Below are positions 30,211 to 38,482 of a stretch of DNA of 64,000 nt, piece by piece (position 1 is the first letter of the stretch; each line of letters starts with the position of its first letter). Source of the stretch: an uncultured Gammaproteobacteria bacterium (GTDB lineage Bacteria > Pseudomonadota > Gammaproteobacteria > SZUA-229). A program made the translations under genes and the position numbers. The stretch covers positions 114,883 through 178,882 of the forward strand of contig CAWECN010000011.1 of the NCBI GenBank assembly GCA_963807625.1, read 5' to 3'. The notes under the pieces are model-generated. The model was given only the letters and a program-made list of their open reading frames with translations. It did no database searches and was not told the origin of the DNA.

Positions 30211-31647
30211 ATGCCCGAACACTTCAAACTTCTAGTCCCGGGTGCAACTGCCGCCGGTACAGTAAACGTTACCGCCCCTTTCGACGGCGCACAGATCGCA
30301 ACTATCGAAACCGGTGACACCAAAGCCGTTGAAACAGCTCTGCAAACTGCCCACGAGCTATTCGCCAACAAAAAGAACTGGCTCACTGCCGAACAGCGTA
30401 TAAACGTTTTTGAAAAGGCAGCCGGTATCATGCAGTCCCGCTTTGACGAGCTCGCCATCGAAGCGGCACGTGAAGGCGGCAAGCCGTTACCGGATTCAAA
30501 AGTCGAAGTCGCCCGTGCCATAGACGGCATGAAAAACTGTATAGAAGTGATACGCAGCGAACATGGTGAAGAGATTCCCATGGGAAAAAATGCTGTCTCG
30601 ATGAATCGCCTCGCTTTCACTACCCATGAGCCGATCGGTGTAGTCGTCGCAGTGAGCGCATTCAACCACCCACTCAATCTTGCCGTACACCAGATCGGGC
30701 CGGCCATCGCAGCGGGATGTCCGGTCATCATAAAACCAGCGGAAGACACCCCGCTCTCCTGTTTTCGTCTGATCAATATCTTATACGAAGCCGGCCTGCC
30801 AGAAACATGGTGCCAGGGCATCGTCACCACGGATCATGAAGCTGCCACACAACTGGTATCAGATAACCGTGTCGGCTTTTTCAGCTTCATCGGCAGTGCC
30901 CGTGTCGGCTGGATGTTACGTTCGAAACTGGCACCCGGTACACGCTGCGCACTGGAGCATGGCGGCGTAGCGCCTGTTATCGTTTCACACGATGCAGACA
31001 TGGACGACACCGTTGCATTATTATCAAAGGCCGGCTTCTATCATGCCGGCCAGGTATGCGTCTCGGTGCAACGGGTATATGCAGAAAAAACTATCGCACG
31101 CGCTCTCGCGAATAAGATTGCCGATGCCGGTAACAAGATGAAGATAGGCGACCCGACGTTAGCCGATACAGAGATCGGGCCACTCATCAGGCATGCCGAG
31201 ACCGACCGTATCGATGAATGGGTACAGGATGCGATCGACAAAGGCGCCGAGCTTATCTCTGGCGGTAAAAAAGTATCTGACAGCTGTTACCAGGCAACCG
31301 TACTGTTTAACCCGCCGGCTGATGCCATCATCTCGCAGAATGAGATCTTTGGACCTGTCATCTGTGTCTATGAGTACGATGAGATAGATGAAGCCATCCA
31401 GCAGGCGAACAGTTTAGACGTTGCTTTTCAGGCTGCTGTTTTCTCAAAAAACATCGACACCTGCATGTATGCATTCAAACAGCTTGATGCATCTGCCGTC
31501 ATGGTCAACGAGCACACCGCCTTCCGGGTAGACTGGATGCCATTCGCCGGGCTGAAACATTCAGGTCATGGCGTCGGCGGAATTCCGCATACATTCAGAG
31601 ACATGCAAATCGAAAAAATGATGGTAATCAGGTCACCTTCTTTATAG
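30211..31647 (+). CDS. NAD(P)-dependent aldehyde dehydrogenase
   Basis: SAFNHPLN, IKPAEDTP, FIGSARVG, LEHGG, GQVCVS (catalytic Cys), EIFGPV, FAGLKHSG. Confidence 0.93.
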   Translation: MPEHFKLLVPGATAAGTVNVTAPFDGAQIATIETGDTKAVETALQTAHELFANKKNWLTAEQRINVFEKAAGIMQSRFDELAIEAAREGGKPLPDSKVEVARAIDGMKNCIEVIRSEHGEEIPMGKNAVSMNRLAFTTHEPIGVVVAVSAFNHPLNLAVHQIGPAIAAGCPVIIKPAEDTPLSCFRLINILYEAGLPETWCQGIVTTDHEAATQLVSDNRVGFFSFIGSARVGWMLRSKLAPGTRCALEHGGVAPVIVSHDADMDDTVALLSKAGFYHAGQVCVSVQRVYAEKTIARALANKIADAGNKMKIGDPTLADTEIGPLIRHAETDRIDEWVQDAIDKGAELISGGKKVSDSCYQATVLFNPPADAIISQNEIFGPVICVYEYDEIDEAIQQANSLDVAFQAAVFSKNIDTCMYAFKQLDASAVMVNEHTAFRVDWMPFAGLKHSGHGVGGIPHTFRDMQIEKMMVIRSPSL

Positions 31648-31680
31648 AATCAGGAAAAGCCACTCACTAAAGGCAATAAC

Positions 31681-31911
31681 ATGGAAGTTAGAACCACACT
31701 AAAATCAGGTCTAAACGGAACCAGAAACTACCTTCAACAATATGGCGATCAACTGGTATGCGTAAGATGTCGGTATGACATGTAAAAAAAACGCCATACA
31801 ACCATAGACTTAATCGTAGACGAACAGGACTGGACACAGGGGGCCAACGTAAGGCCCCATCAAGTAGTAACCAATAAGAAATGTCCGTGTGCCTTTAAAA
31901 ACACAATTTAA
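31681..31911 (+). pseudogene. Nonsense-interrupted remnant of a small conserved protein
   Basis: MEVRTTLKSGLNGTRNYLQQYGDQLVCVRCRYDM*KKRHTTIDLIVDEQDW...; in-frame TAA at 31783-85, with the same frame staying open to 31911. Confidence 0.6.
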
Positions 31912-31924
31912 TCCTGTTAAATAG

Positions 31925-31986
31925 AGCTAACAAGACAATTAACAGCGACCGCAAAAAAGCGCGTCGCGTTATTTCAAACGTTAGGT
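31925..31986 (+). mobile_element. Integron attC site 1
   Basis: R'' AGCTAAC, 5-nt spacer, L'' AAT[T]AAC[A]GCGAC pairing with GTCGCGTTATT, 6-nt spacer, R' GTTAGGT; 62 bp. Confidence 0.85.
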
Positions 31987-32018
31987 GTACAAAAACATTA
32001 ACAACGGGGATCACTGTA

Positions 32019-32663
32019 ATGATAAAAAATACTTCCATGATACTAGTAATAAATATATTTTTGTTTTCAGGTATGGCAAATGCTGAAAAAGTAAACGCTG
32101 ATGTGCAAGATGGTACAAACGGGACGAAAAGCGATCCAACCAGTGATGTTGCAGATACCGCTCAGCAAGAAAAAAATACAGTGTCTAATGAAATAAGTTC
32201 AGGTACAGCAAAACCTGGCCAAAGAGAAAAGACAAATTCTCCTACTGACAGTCCCATCGGGGCGTCCGAAGAAAAGCTTGTTAGAGATAAAGCAGTAGAA
32301 GAGGTTGACAGAGAAATGGCTGCACGTGTTAGCGCGGCAAAAAGAGAAGCTGCCAGAGAGATGGCTGCAAGTGTCAGAGCAGCAAAAAGAGAAGCTTACC
32401 GAGAAATGGATGCACGTGTTAGAGCAGCAAGAGAAGAAGCTGCCAGGAAAATGGCGGCAAGTGTTAGAGCAGCAAGAGAAGAAGCCGCCAGGGAAATGGC
32501 TGCACGTGTTAGAGCAGCAAAAGAAGAAGCTGCCAGAGAAATGGCTGCACGTGCAAAAGAAAGAGCTGCTAGAGAAAGAGACTATCATGAACGCCTGGAT
32601 AGATACGAAGCTGAACGCAAGCATTTCAAAGAAGAAAGAGGCTATTATCGAGCTCCATACTAG
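32019..32663 (+). CDS. Gene-cassette ORF: secreted protein with 15-aa tandem repeats
   Basis: Signal peptide ending SGMANA; five REMAARVRAAREEAA-type repeats; bounded by attC1 and attC2. Confidence 0.8.
   Translation: MIKNTSMILVINIFLFSGMANAEKVNADVQDGTNGTKSDPTSDVADTAQQEKNTVSNEISSGTAKPGQREKTNSPTDSPIGASEEKLVRDKAVEEVDREMAARVSAAKREAAREMAASVRAAKREAYREMDARVRAAREEAARKMAASVRAAREEAAREMAARVRAAKEEAAREMAARAKERAARERDYHERLDRYEAERKHFKEERGYYRAPY
32310..32555 (+). repeat. Coding 45-bp tandem repeat (5 full units plus 1 partial)
   Basis: Units start AGRRARATGG.. at 32310, 32355, 32400, 32445, 32490 and 32535. Confidence 0.9.
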
Positions 32664-32671
32664 CTTCATTC

Positions 32672-32728
32672 GCCTAACGATTAGCAATAGCGGACGTAAA
32701 GAATATGCCGCTTAGCATAGCGTTAAAA
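32672..32728 (+). mobile_element. Integron attC site 2 (imperfect)
   Basis: R'' GCCTAAC just after the ORF stop; GCAATAGCGG / CCGCTTAGC arms; R' GTTAAAA; 57 bp. Confidence 0.7.
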
Positions 32729-32748
32729 GTCGTAATGATTAATAAACC

Positions 32749-33033
32749 ATGAAGTACAAGATCGAAAAAAATGAACATGGCCTTGATATTTCTGTTACTG
32801 ACGTAAAAGGCAAAAAGGATGAACTGATAGAAGCATTTCAGGAATGCCAGGAAGGCCGCTGTTCTTGCCCAACAGAAGAATACAAAAAACTCGATTGTTT
32901 AGACATTGAGGATAACAGTGGGAATATAAAGTTAAGTCTTAGATCAAAAGATGGATTGAATCTAGATAAAGATGAAATTAATAAATGCTTAGAATTCACC
33001 AAAAAAAGAATTGTACAGAAGGATGGTGGATAA
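32749..33033 (+). CDS. Gene-cassette ORF, hypothetical 94 aa with C-x4-C-x-C-P motif
   Basis: AT-rich ORF filling the space between attC2 and attC3; FQECQEGRCSCPTEE. Confidence 0.75.
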   Translation: MKYKIEKNEHGLDISVTDVKGKKDELIEAFQECQEGRCSCPTEEYKKLDCLDIEDNSGNIKLSLRSKDGLNLDKDEINKCLEFTKKRIVQKDGG

Positions 33034-33035
33034 TC

Positions 33036-33099
33036 TTCTAACAATTCGTTTAAGTTGTGATCTTCGCTTCGATCCTGCTACTTAACTAAAACATCAGGC
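33036..33099 (+). mobile_element. Integron attC site 3 (R' core mutated)
   Basis: R'' TTCTAAC, 5 nt, L'' GTT[T]AAGT, L' ACTTAAC, 6 nt, then ATCAGGC in place of GTTAGGC; 64 bp. Confidence 0.75.
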
Positions 33100-33246
33100 C
33101 TTTTCTGTATCCAAAACAATGTTCAAAAAAATGGATAAAATCGTTATTTAGAAACATGCAGATCGCCAAACTAGAATTTAAAGCTCGGCCTCAGCAATAA
33201 CTAGAAATCCTCCTGATAGTTTGTATGAACGCCATATCTTGACCAC

Positions 33247-33273
33247 AAAAAAACCTTCGCGAGAAGGTCTTTT
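33247..33273 (-). terminator. Intrinsic terminator downstream of deaD
   Basis: Minus strand ACCTTC-TCGC-GAAGGT followed by a T-run. Confidence 0.7.
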
Positions 33274-33406
33274 ATGTTACTCCAGCATAGCGGCTAAGGT
33301 TACACCATTTCAAGCATTCTATCTCTCCCACATCTAAGATATACAGTCGCTCGGAACCACCAGGTCACGACTATCGTGAGGCACTAAAATATTTAACTTA
33401 TTCCAG

Positions 33407-35314
33407 TTATATTTTTCGGGCTTTCTTCTTTAAGCCTAGTTTACGCTTGCCTTTATCATCACCTCGCGCACTATCCCTGCTTCGCCCTTTCGCCTGGCTC
33501 TTTTCTTTTGCTCCGCCGGCAGATATTTGATCACCGGTTTTTTTGCCAGTAGACTTGCTGGATCCAGCACCTTTGTTCATTGACGAGATCTTTAACTGCT
33601 GGCCTGACACCCAGACTTTTTTCAGAGTGTAGAGCAGCTCTTTAGGCATGCCTTCGGGCAGGTCAACCGTACTGTGATCGTCATAGATACTGATGCGGCC
33701 TATGTACTTGCTCTCTATATCTGCTTCGTTTGCGATGGCACCGACGATATTACCGGGTTTGACCTGGTGATCATGCCCTACTTCGATACGGAAGCGTTCC
33801 ATACCTTCGTCGATTGCACTGTCTCCTGGCTGGCGCTCTCTTCTTGGGGAGCGCTCACTATTGCCCCGTTCTGCCCTGTCACGACGAGGGCGATCTTCTC
33901 TTCCACGACTATCTCTATTTCGGTCACGACCTTGACCACCTTTGTCCCATTCCTCACGGCTTTTCGATGATCTCTGAGGTTTGTTTGTTAACAGGAATTC
34001 GTTATCACCTTGCATCATCTTTGCAAGTGCAGCAGCAATTTCTAGCGCTGGAACATTATGTTCATGTGAATATTGCTCGATCATTTGAGAGAACATACCT
34101 ATATCTTCATTCTCCAGTGCATCAGAAATACGCTGCTTGAACTTATCGATACGTTTGTCATTAATCACCTCTGTGGAAGGCAGTTCCATGATCTCGATCT
34201 TCTGCCTGGTTGCTCTTTCAATGTCATTGAGCATACGCTTTTCACGTGGTGCAACAAACAGGATAGCATCACCGTGGCGGCCTGCACGGCCAGTGCGCCC
34301 GATACGATGCACGTAAGATTCTGTGTCATGTGGCACATCGTAATTCACTACGTGAGAGACTCTTTCCACATCAAGTCCACGAGCAGCCACATCGGTAGCC
34401 ACCACGATATCCAGCTTCCCTTTCTTAATATCGTTAACCGTACGTTCACGCATATTTTGCGCGATATCACCGTTAAGGGGAGAGGCTGCATAACCGCGAG
34501 CTTTAAGCTTGTCTGCCAGTTCTACCGTTGAATTCTTTGTGCGCACAAAAATAATCATGGCATCAAAATCTTCTGCTTCGAGAATACGGGTTAAAGCATC
34601 CAGCTTATGTATACCACTGACCGGCCAGAAACGCTGGCGAATGGTATTAACTGTCGTGGTTTTTGTCTTGATCGTAATCTGTTCTGGGTCATTCAGATAC
34701 TTGGTCGCGATACGACGTATCTGTGTCGGCATGGTCGCTGAAAACAGCGCGATCTGCCTGTCGCCAGGTGTCTGTTCGAGTATCCACTCAACATCATCGA
34801 TAAAACCCATTCTTAGCATTTCATCGGCTTCATCCAGTACCAGTGCATTTAGATTAGCAAGCTTCAGTGTACCTTTACGAATATGGTCCATCACTCGACC
34901 GGGCGTACCTACGATGACATGGACGCCACGTTTCAAAGCACGGATCTGGCCACTGTAATCCGAGCCGCCATAAACTGGCAGCACATGAAAACCTTTCATG
35001 TAGGTGGCATATTTCTGAAACGCTTCGGCGACCTGAATCGCCAGTTCGCGCGTTGGCGCCAGCACCAGGAGCTGTGGATCTTTTTGCTTTAGATCCATGT
35101 TCGAAATCAATGGCAATGCAAAGGCGGCAGTCTTACCGGTGCCGGTTTGCGCCTGGCCGATAATGTCTCTGCCTTCAAGCAACAACGGAATAGTCTGCGC
35201 CTGGATAGGCGAAGGAGATTCATAACCTACTTCGTTTAATATTTTAAGAAGTGATTTATTTAACGCTAAATCATTGAACGTGACTGTCACGTCAGCGCTG
35301 GTGTCTGTGCTCAT
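33407..35314 (-). CDS. deaD: DEAD-box RNA helicase DeaD/CsdA
   Basis: Q motif GYESPSPIQ, AQTGTGKT, PTRELA, LDEADEM, SAT, ARGLD, HRIGRTGRAGR, DbpA RNA-binding domain. Likely start ATG 35314 (MSTDT). Confidence 0.95.
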   Translation of the reverse strand: MSTDTSADVTVTFNDLALNKSLLKILNEVGYESPSPIQAQTIPLLLEGRDIIGQAQTGTGKTAAFALPLISNMDLKQKDPQLLVLAPTRELAIQVAEAFQKYATYMKGFHVLPVYGGSDYSGQIRALKRGVHVIVGTPGRVMDHIRKGTLKLANLNALVLDEADEMLRMGFIDDVEWILEQTPGDRQIALFSATMPTQIRRIATKYLNDPEQITIKTKTTTVNTIRQRFWPVSGIHKLDALTRILEAEDFDAMIIFVRTKNSTVELADKLKARGYAASPLNGDIAQNMRERTVNDIKKGKLDIVVATDVAARGLDVERVSHVVNYDVPHDTESYVHRIGRTGRAGRHGDAILFVAPREKRMLNDIERATRQKIEIMELPSTEVINDKRIDKFKQRISDALENEDIGMFSQMIEQYSHEHNVPALEIAAALAKMMQGDNEFLLTNKPQRSSKSREEWDKGGQGRDRNRDSRGREDRPRRDRAERGNSERSPRRERQPGDSAIDEGMERFRIEVGHDHQVKPGNIVGAIANEADIESKYIGRISIYDDHSTVDLPEGMPKELLYTLKKVWVSGQQLKISSMNKGAGSSKSTGKKTGDQISAGGAKEKSQAKGRSRDSARGDDKGKRKLGLKKKARKI

Positions 35315-35613
35315 GTTAATACCTGGCAATACATGCCTGAAAATAGATGGATGGAAAACGCCGTGATCTACCTTCCCCAGGTAAATCGATAGGCCCTGCC
35401 ACCTCATCCAGGCAGACCTTACAGGTCCCCAGCATATTGTGAATTTGAGCCGAAAGAAGACGAACTGTGTGCATTATCCACTATATTAGAGAAATATAAT
35501 ACTCTTTTTATAGAAAAAACACGCAGTTACATAAAATTGAGCCTCAAATAGCGGTACACTTAACCGCCTGAACTCAATATTTTCGGCTAAACAGACCGCC
35601 CTGATTAATTCTC

Positions 35614-36444
35614 GTGACACAAAATAACCTGAACCCGGCACACTTCGAATTGCATATTAAGGCCAGCATGGCTGGGCAGACGGCCATGGACCTTCTCGCT
35701 GAAAATGCGCCCATCAGTAAGCAAAAGATCAAATCTGCGTTGAAGAATGGTGCCGCCTGGCTAGAATCCTCGCATGGCATCCATCGCTTACGGCGTGCCA
35801 AGAAACTGCTCGATAAAAACGATACCCTTCACCTCTATTATGACAATCTCATCCAGACGAATGCACCTGCTGCTGCAGAATTAATCGCCGATGAAGGTGA
35901 ATATAGCATCTGGTGCAAACCTTATGGCATGTACTCACAGGGGACGAAATGGGGAGACCACTGCACGATCTACCGCTGGGCAGAACAGCATCTGCAACCA
36001 CAGCGGCCCGCCTTCCCGGTTCACCGCCTGGATCGCGCTGCCAGCGGACTGATGATACTGGCACACACCAGGAAGATGGCACAGGTCTTCTCAGATATGT
36101 TTAAAAACCGTAAGATTCAGAAACGGTACAGGGCCACCGTCGAAGGCGAACTCAATAATATCGATCTGCCCTATACGATTAATACAACCATAGAAGACAA
36201 ACCTGCCGTATCGAGGATCATCTCACTACAGGCACAGGACAAGAATACTATCGTAACCATAGAGATAGAAACCGGACGAAAACACCAGATACGCCGACAC
36301 TTGTCCGAAATGGGTTACCCGATTGTCGGTGACAGGTTATATGGCTCAGGAGAGTCTGAAGAAGATTTAAAACTGCAGGCCGTGTACCTGAAGTTTATAT
36401 GCCCGATCACTGACAAGGTACGGGAATACCAAAGTAATCAATAA
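35614..36444 (+). CDS. RluA family pseudouridine synthase
   Basis: KPYGMYSQG, VHRLDRAASGLM, IETGRKHQIRRHL, PIVGDRLYG. Confidence 0.92.
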   Translation: MTQNNLNPAHFELHIKASMAGQTAMDLLAENAPISKQKIKSALKNGAAWLESSHGIHRLRRAKKLLDKNDTLHLYYDNLIQTNAPAAAELIADEGEYSIWCKPYGMYSQGTKWGDHCTIYRWAEQHLQPQRPAFPVHRLDRAASGLMILAHTRKMAQVFSDMFKNRKIQKRYRATVEGELNNIDLPYTINTTIEDKPAVSRIISLQAQDKNTIVTIEIETGRKHQIRRHLSEMGYPIVGDRLYGSGESEEDLKLQAVYLKFICPITDKVREYQSNQ

Positions 36445-36464
36445 CATTAGCAAGTGAAATAAAA

Positions 36465-36806
36465 ATGAGCACTGAACAGAACTCTCTGCCAACAGCAAAA
36501 GTTATCTATATCCTCTTGATCGTCGGTACCATCGTCGGCATCACCGGCATCATCGGGCTGATCATGGCATATGTAATGAAAGACGGTTCTGATGACTGGA
36601 TACAGACGCATTACCGGTTTCAGATACGGACTTTCTGGATCGGCCTTTTATATTCGATGACGGGTGTGTTGCTAATTAACATCGGGATCGGTTTTTATGT
36701 CCTGCTGTTTGCTTTTGTCTGGCTGATCGTGCGCTGCACTAAAGGCTTAAAACAGCTTGAGAATAGAGAGCCGGTAAAAAATCTTGAGAGCTGGATGTTC
36801 ACGTAG
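36465..36806 (+). CDS. DUF4870-like membrane protein
   Basis: GLIMAYV...WIQTHYRFQIRTFWIGL...W.I.RC.KGL. Confidence 0.75.
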   Translation: MSTEQNSLPTAKVIYILLIVGTIVGITGIIGLIMAYVMKDGSDDWIQTHYRFQIRTFWIGLLYSMTGVLLINIGIGFYVLLFAFVWLIVRCTKGLKQLENREPVKNLESWMFT

Positions 36807-36847
36807 TGAAAACCAGACTCATCCGTTCGAGATGCCAGCATTAGTTC

Positions 36848-37399
36848 ATGATACAGGACAATATACAACTATCACACGAAGAACATCAGCAGACAGGCAT
36901 CAAGTTCCCGCTGAGCCTCTTCGCAAACGATATCAACGATCCACTCAATGTTGGCGGCCTTTTTCGTCTGAGTGATGCACTGGGTATCGAGATGTTATAC
37001 CTGTGCGGCGACACTCCTACACCACCCAACACGAAGATAAAGAAAACATCTCGTTCGACTGAAAACAATGTCGCATTCAAATATCATGCTGACGCAGCAA
37101 CACTTGTTAAAGCCTTGAAAACATCGGGCGCATTGATCGTCTCTCTTGAGATAACGTCTTCAAGCATATCGATCGGTTCTGATGAGTTCACCAAAGCGAT
37201 AAGTAACCGGAGGCCCATCTGCCTGATCCTGGGATCAGAAAATACAGGCATAAGCGAAACCCTGCTGTCATTATCGGACATTACCGTTCATATACCGATG
37301 CACGGGGCGAACTCATCGATGAATATCGTAACAGCAACGAGTATCGCCTGTTTCGAAATCACCCGTGTATTGCAAGATGATAATAAGCACCCTGCTTAA
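36848..37399 (+). CDS. TrmH/SpoU family RNA methyltransferase
   Basis: NVGGLFRLSDALG, LILGSENTGIS, IPMHGANSSMNIVTA. Confidence 0.88.
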   Translation: MIQDNIQLSHEEHQQTGIKFPLSLFANDINDPLNVGGLFRLSDALGIEMLYLCGDTPTPPNTKIKKTSRSTENNVAFKYHADAATLVKALKTSGALIVSLEITSSSISIGSDEFTKAISNRRPICLILGSENTGISETLLSLSDITVHIPMHGANSSMNIVTATSIACFEITRVLQDDNKHPA

Positions 37400-37830
37400 C
37401 CTGCAAATACTACTGGGGACGACTGTCATCAGTGGCGATAACTGCAATCTGTCAGAACCCCCCGCCGATGCTGGAGAGACACAGGCCCATGTGTGTCATC
37501 CTGTACACGTATCCTCGCAGTCACATCACCGATACTCACTACAACGGCTGCCAGAGCCAAAGGTTTTTAGATGAGGGTAATTTCCGGAAGGAAAATATCG
37601 CGTATATCAGAAATGGCGTGGTTATTTCATATGACAACCTGAACATAAACGATGAGATAGCTTATCACTGTAACTATGAAGACCTTAGTTTAAAGAGTGA
37701 TAGCGACAGGCGCTGTCCTGACTATGAGAGACTGAAGATAAAAACTTTTCCGCCGGGTTGTTACAGCAAGTCAGCACTTAACAACTCTGGATCCTACTCT
37801 CTTTCTTCCGAAGACTGCGTGATCAAATAG
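37377..37830 (+). pseudogene. Apparently frameshifted secreted Cys-containing protein
   Basis: Frame A MIISTLLNLQILLGTTVISGDNCNLSEPPADAGETQAH joins frame B VILYTYPRSH...CVIK if one base is removed at about 37491-37494. Confidence 0.4.
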
Positions 37831-37834
37831 GGAT

Positions 37835-38395
37835 TTATTTAAAAATAAACTTGAAACCCAGAGAGATCATCGATAAATCAGGATTGTCAGAATCGAAAGT
37901 TTCCCACTCTACTGCCACTAATAATTCCTTGGTGAAAGCGTAGGATGCGGCAAGTGCATAGGCTACATCAGTGCCATCATTCGTGATTTCAGTAGCATTT
38001 ACACGCAGGTCGGCATCCCAGTTTAATACCCCGAGCTTAGCTATCAGATTAGTTTTTTTAGTTACCGGATACATTGCTACCGCATAAGCACCAATGCCTT
38101 TCATGCTGACCGCAGCACTATCATACCCGCCAGAATTATTTTCAAGAGCACCAACACTGGCTTCTGCAAAATTATAAACACTTGCCTCGGCAGCAAAATA
38201 TTTATTGAACGAATAACCACCATAAAGCTTGGTACCCGTTCCATCGTCATCAAGTTGACCGCCACCTAACGACGTCAGATCCGCTTTATAAGAAGCGGTA
38301 CCCACACCAAAGCCAATATATGGATCAGCTACAGCCATTGATATCGAAGTCAGCGATGCTGAAACCATTATGAGTGATATAACAAGAAATCTCAT
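37835..38395 (-). CDS. Outer-membrane beta-barrel protein (OmpA transmembrane-like)
   Basis: Signal peptide, KLYGGYSFNKYFAAE, alternating beta-strands, C-terminal LGFKFIF. Confidence 0.85.
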   Translation of the reverse strand: MRFLVISLIMVSASLTSISMAVADPYIGFGVGTASYKADLTSLGGGQLDDDGTGTKLYGGYSFNKYFAAEASVYNFAEASVGALENNSGGYDSAAVSMKGIGAYAVAMYPVTKKTNLIAKLGVLNWDADLRVNATEITNDGTDVAYALAASYAFTKELLVAVEWETFDSDNPDLSMISLGFKFIFK

Positions 38396-38482
38396 AGTTA
38401 CCCCTTAATTTTTTGTTATGGGTTTATGTGTGCACCCGGTAAATAATAGCATTAATTTTCAACGATACATCGGTGGAATATA

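Noticed and set aside
32199-32715. Alternative-frame ORFs (32199-32687 minus; 32305-32715 plus) and a possible CRISPR reading of the 45-bp repeat
   Set aside because: The repeats are head-to-tail with no unique spacers and no cas genes; the other frames are shadows of the cassette ORF.
31650-33400. Integron integrase or attI site
   Set aside because: I found no tyrosine-recombinase motifs on either strand and no GTTRRRY core ahead of the first segment, so the array is called a CALIN only.
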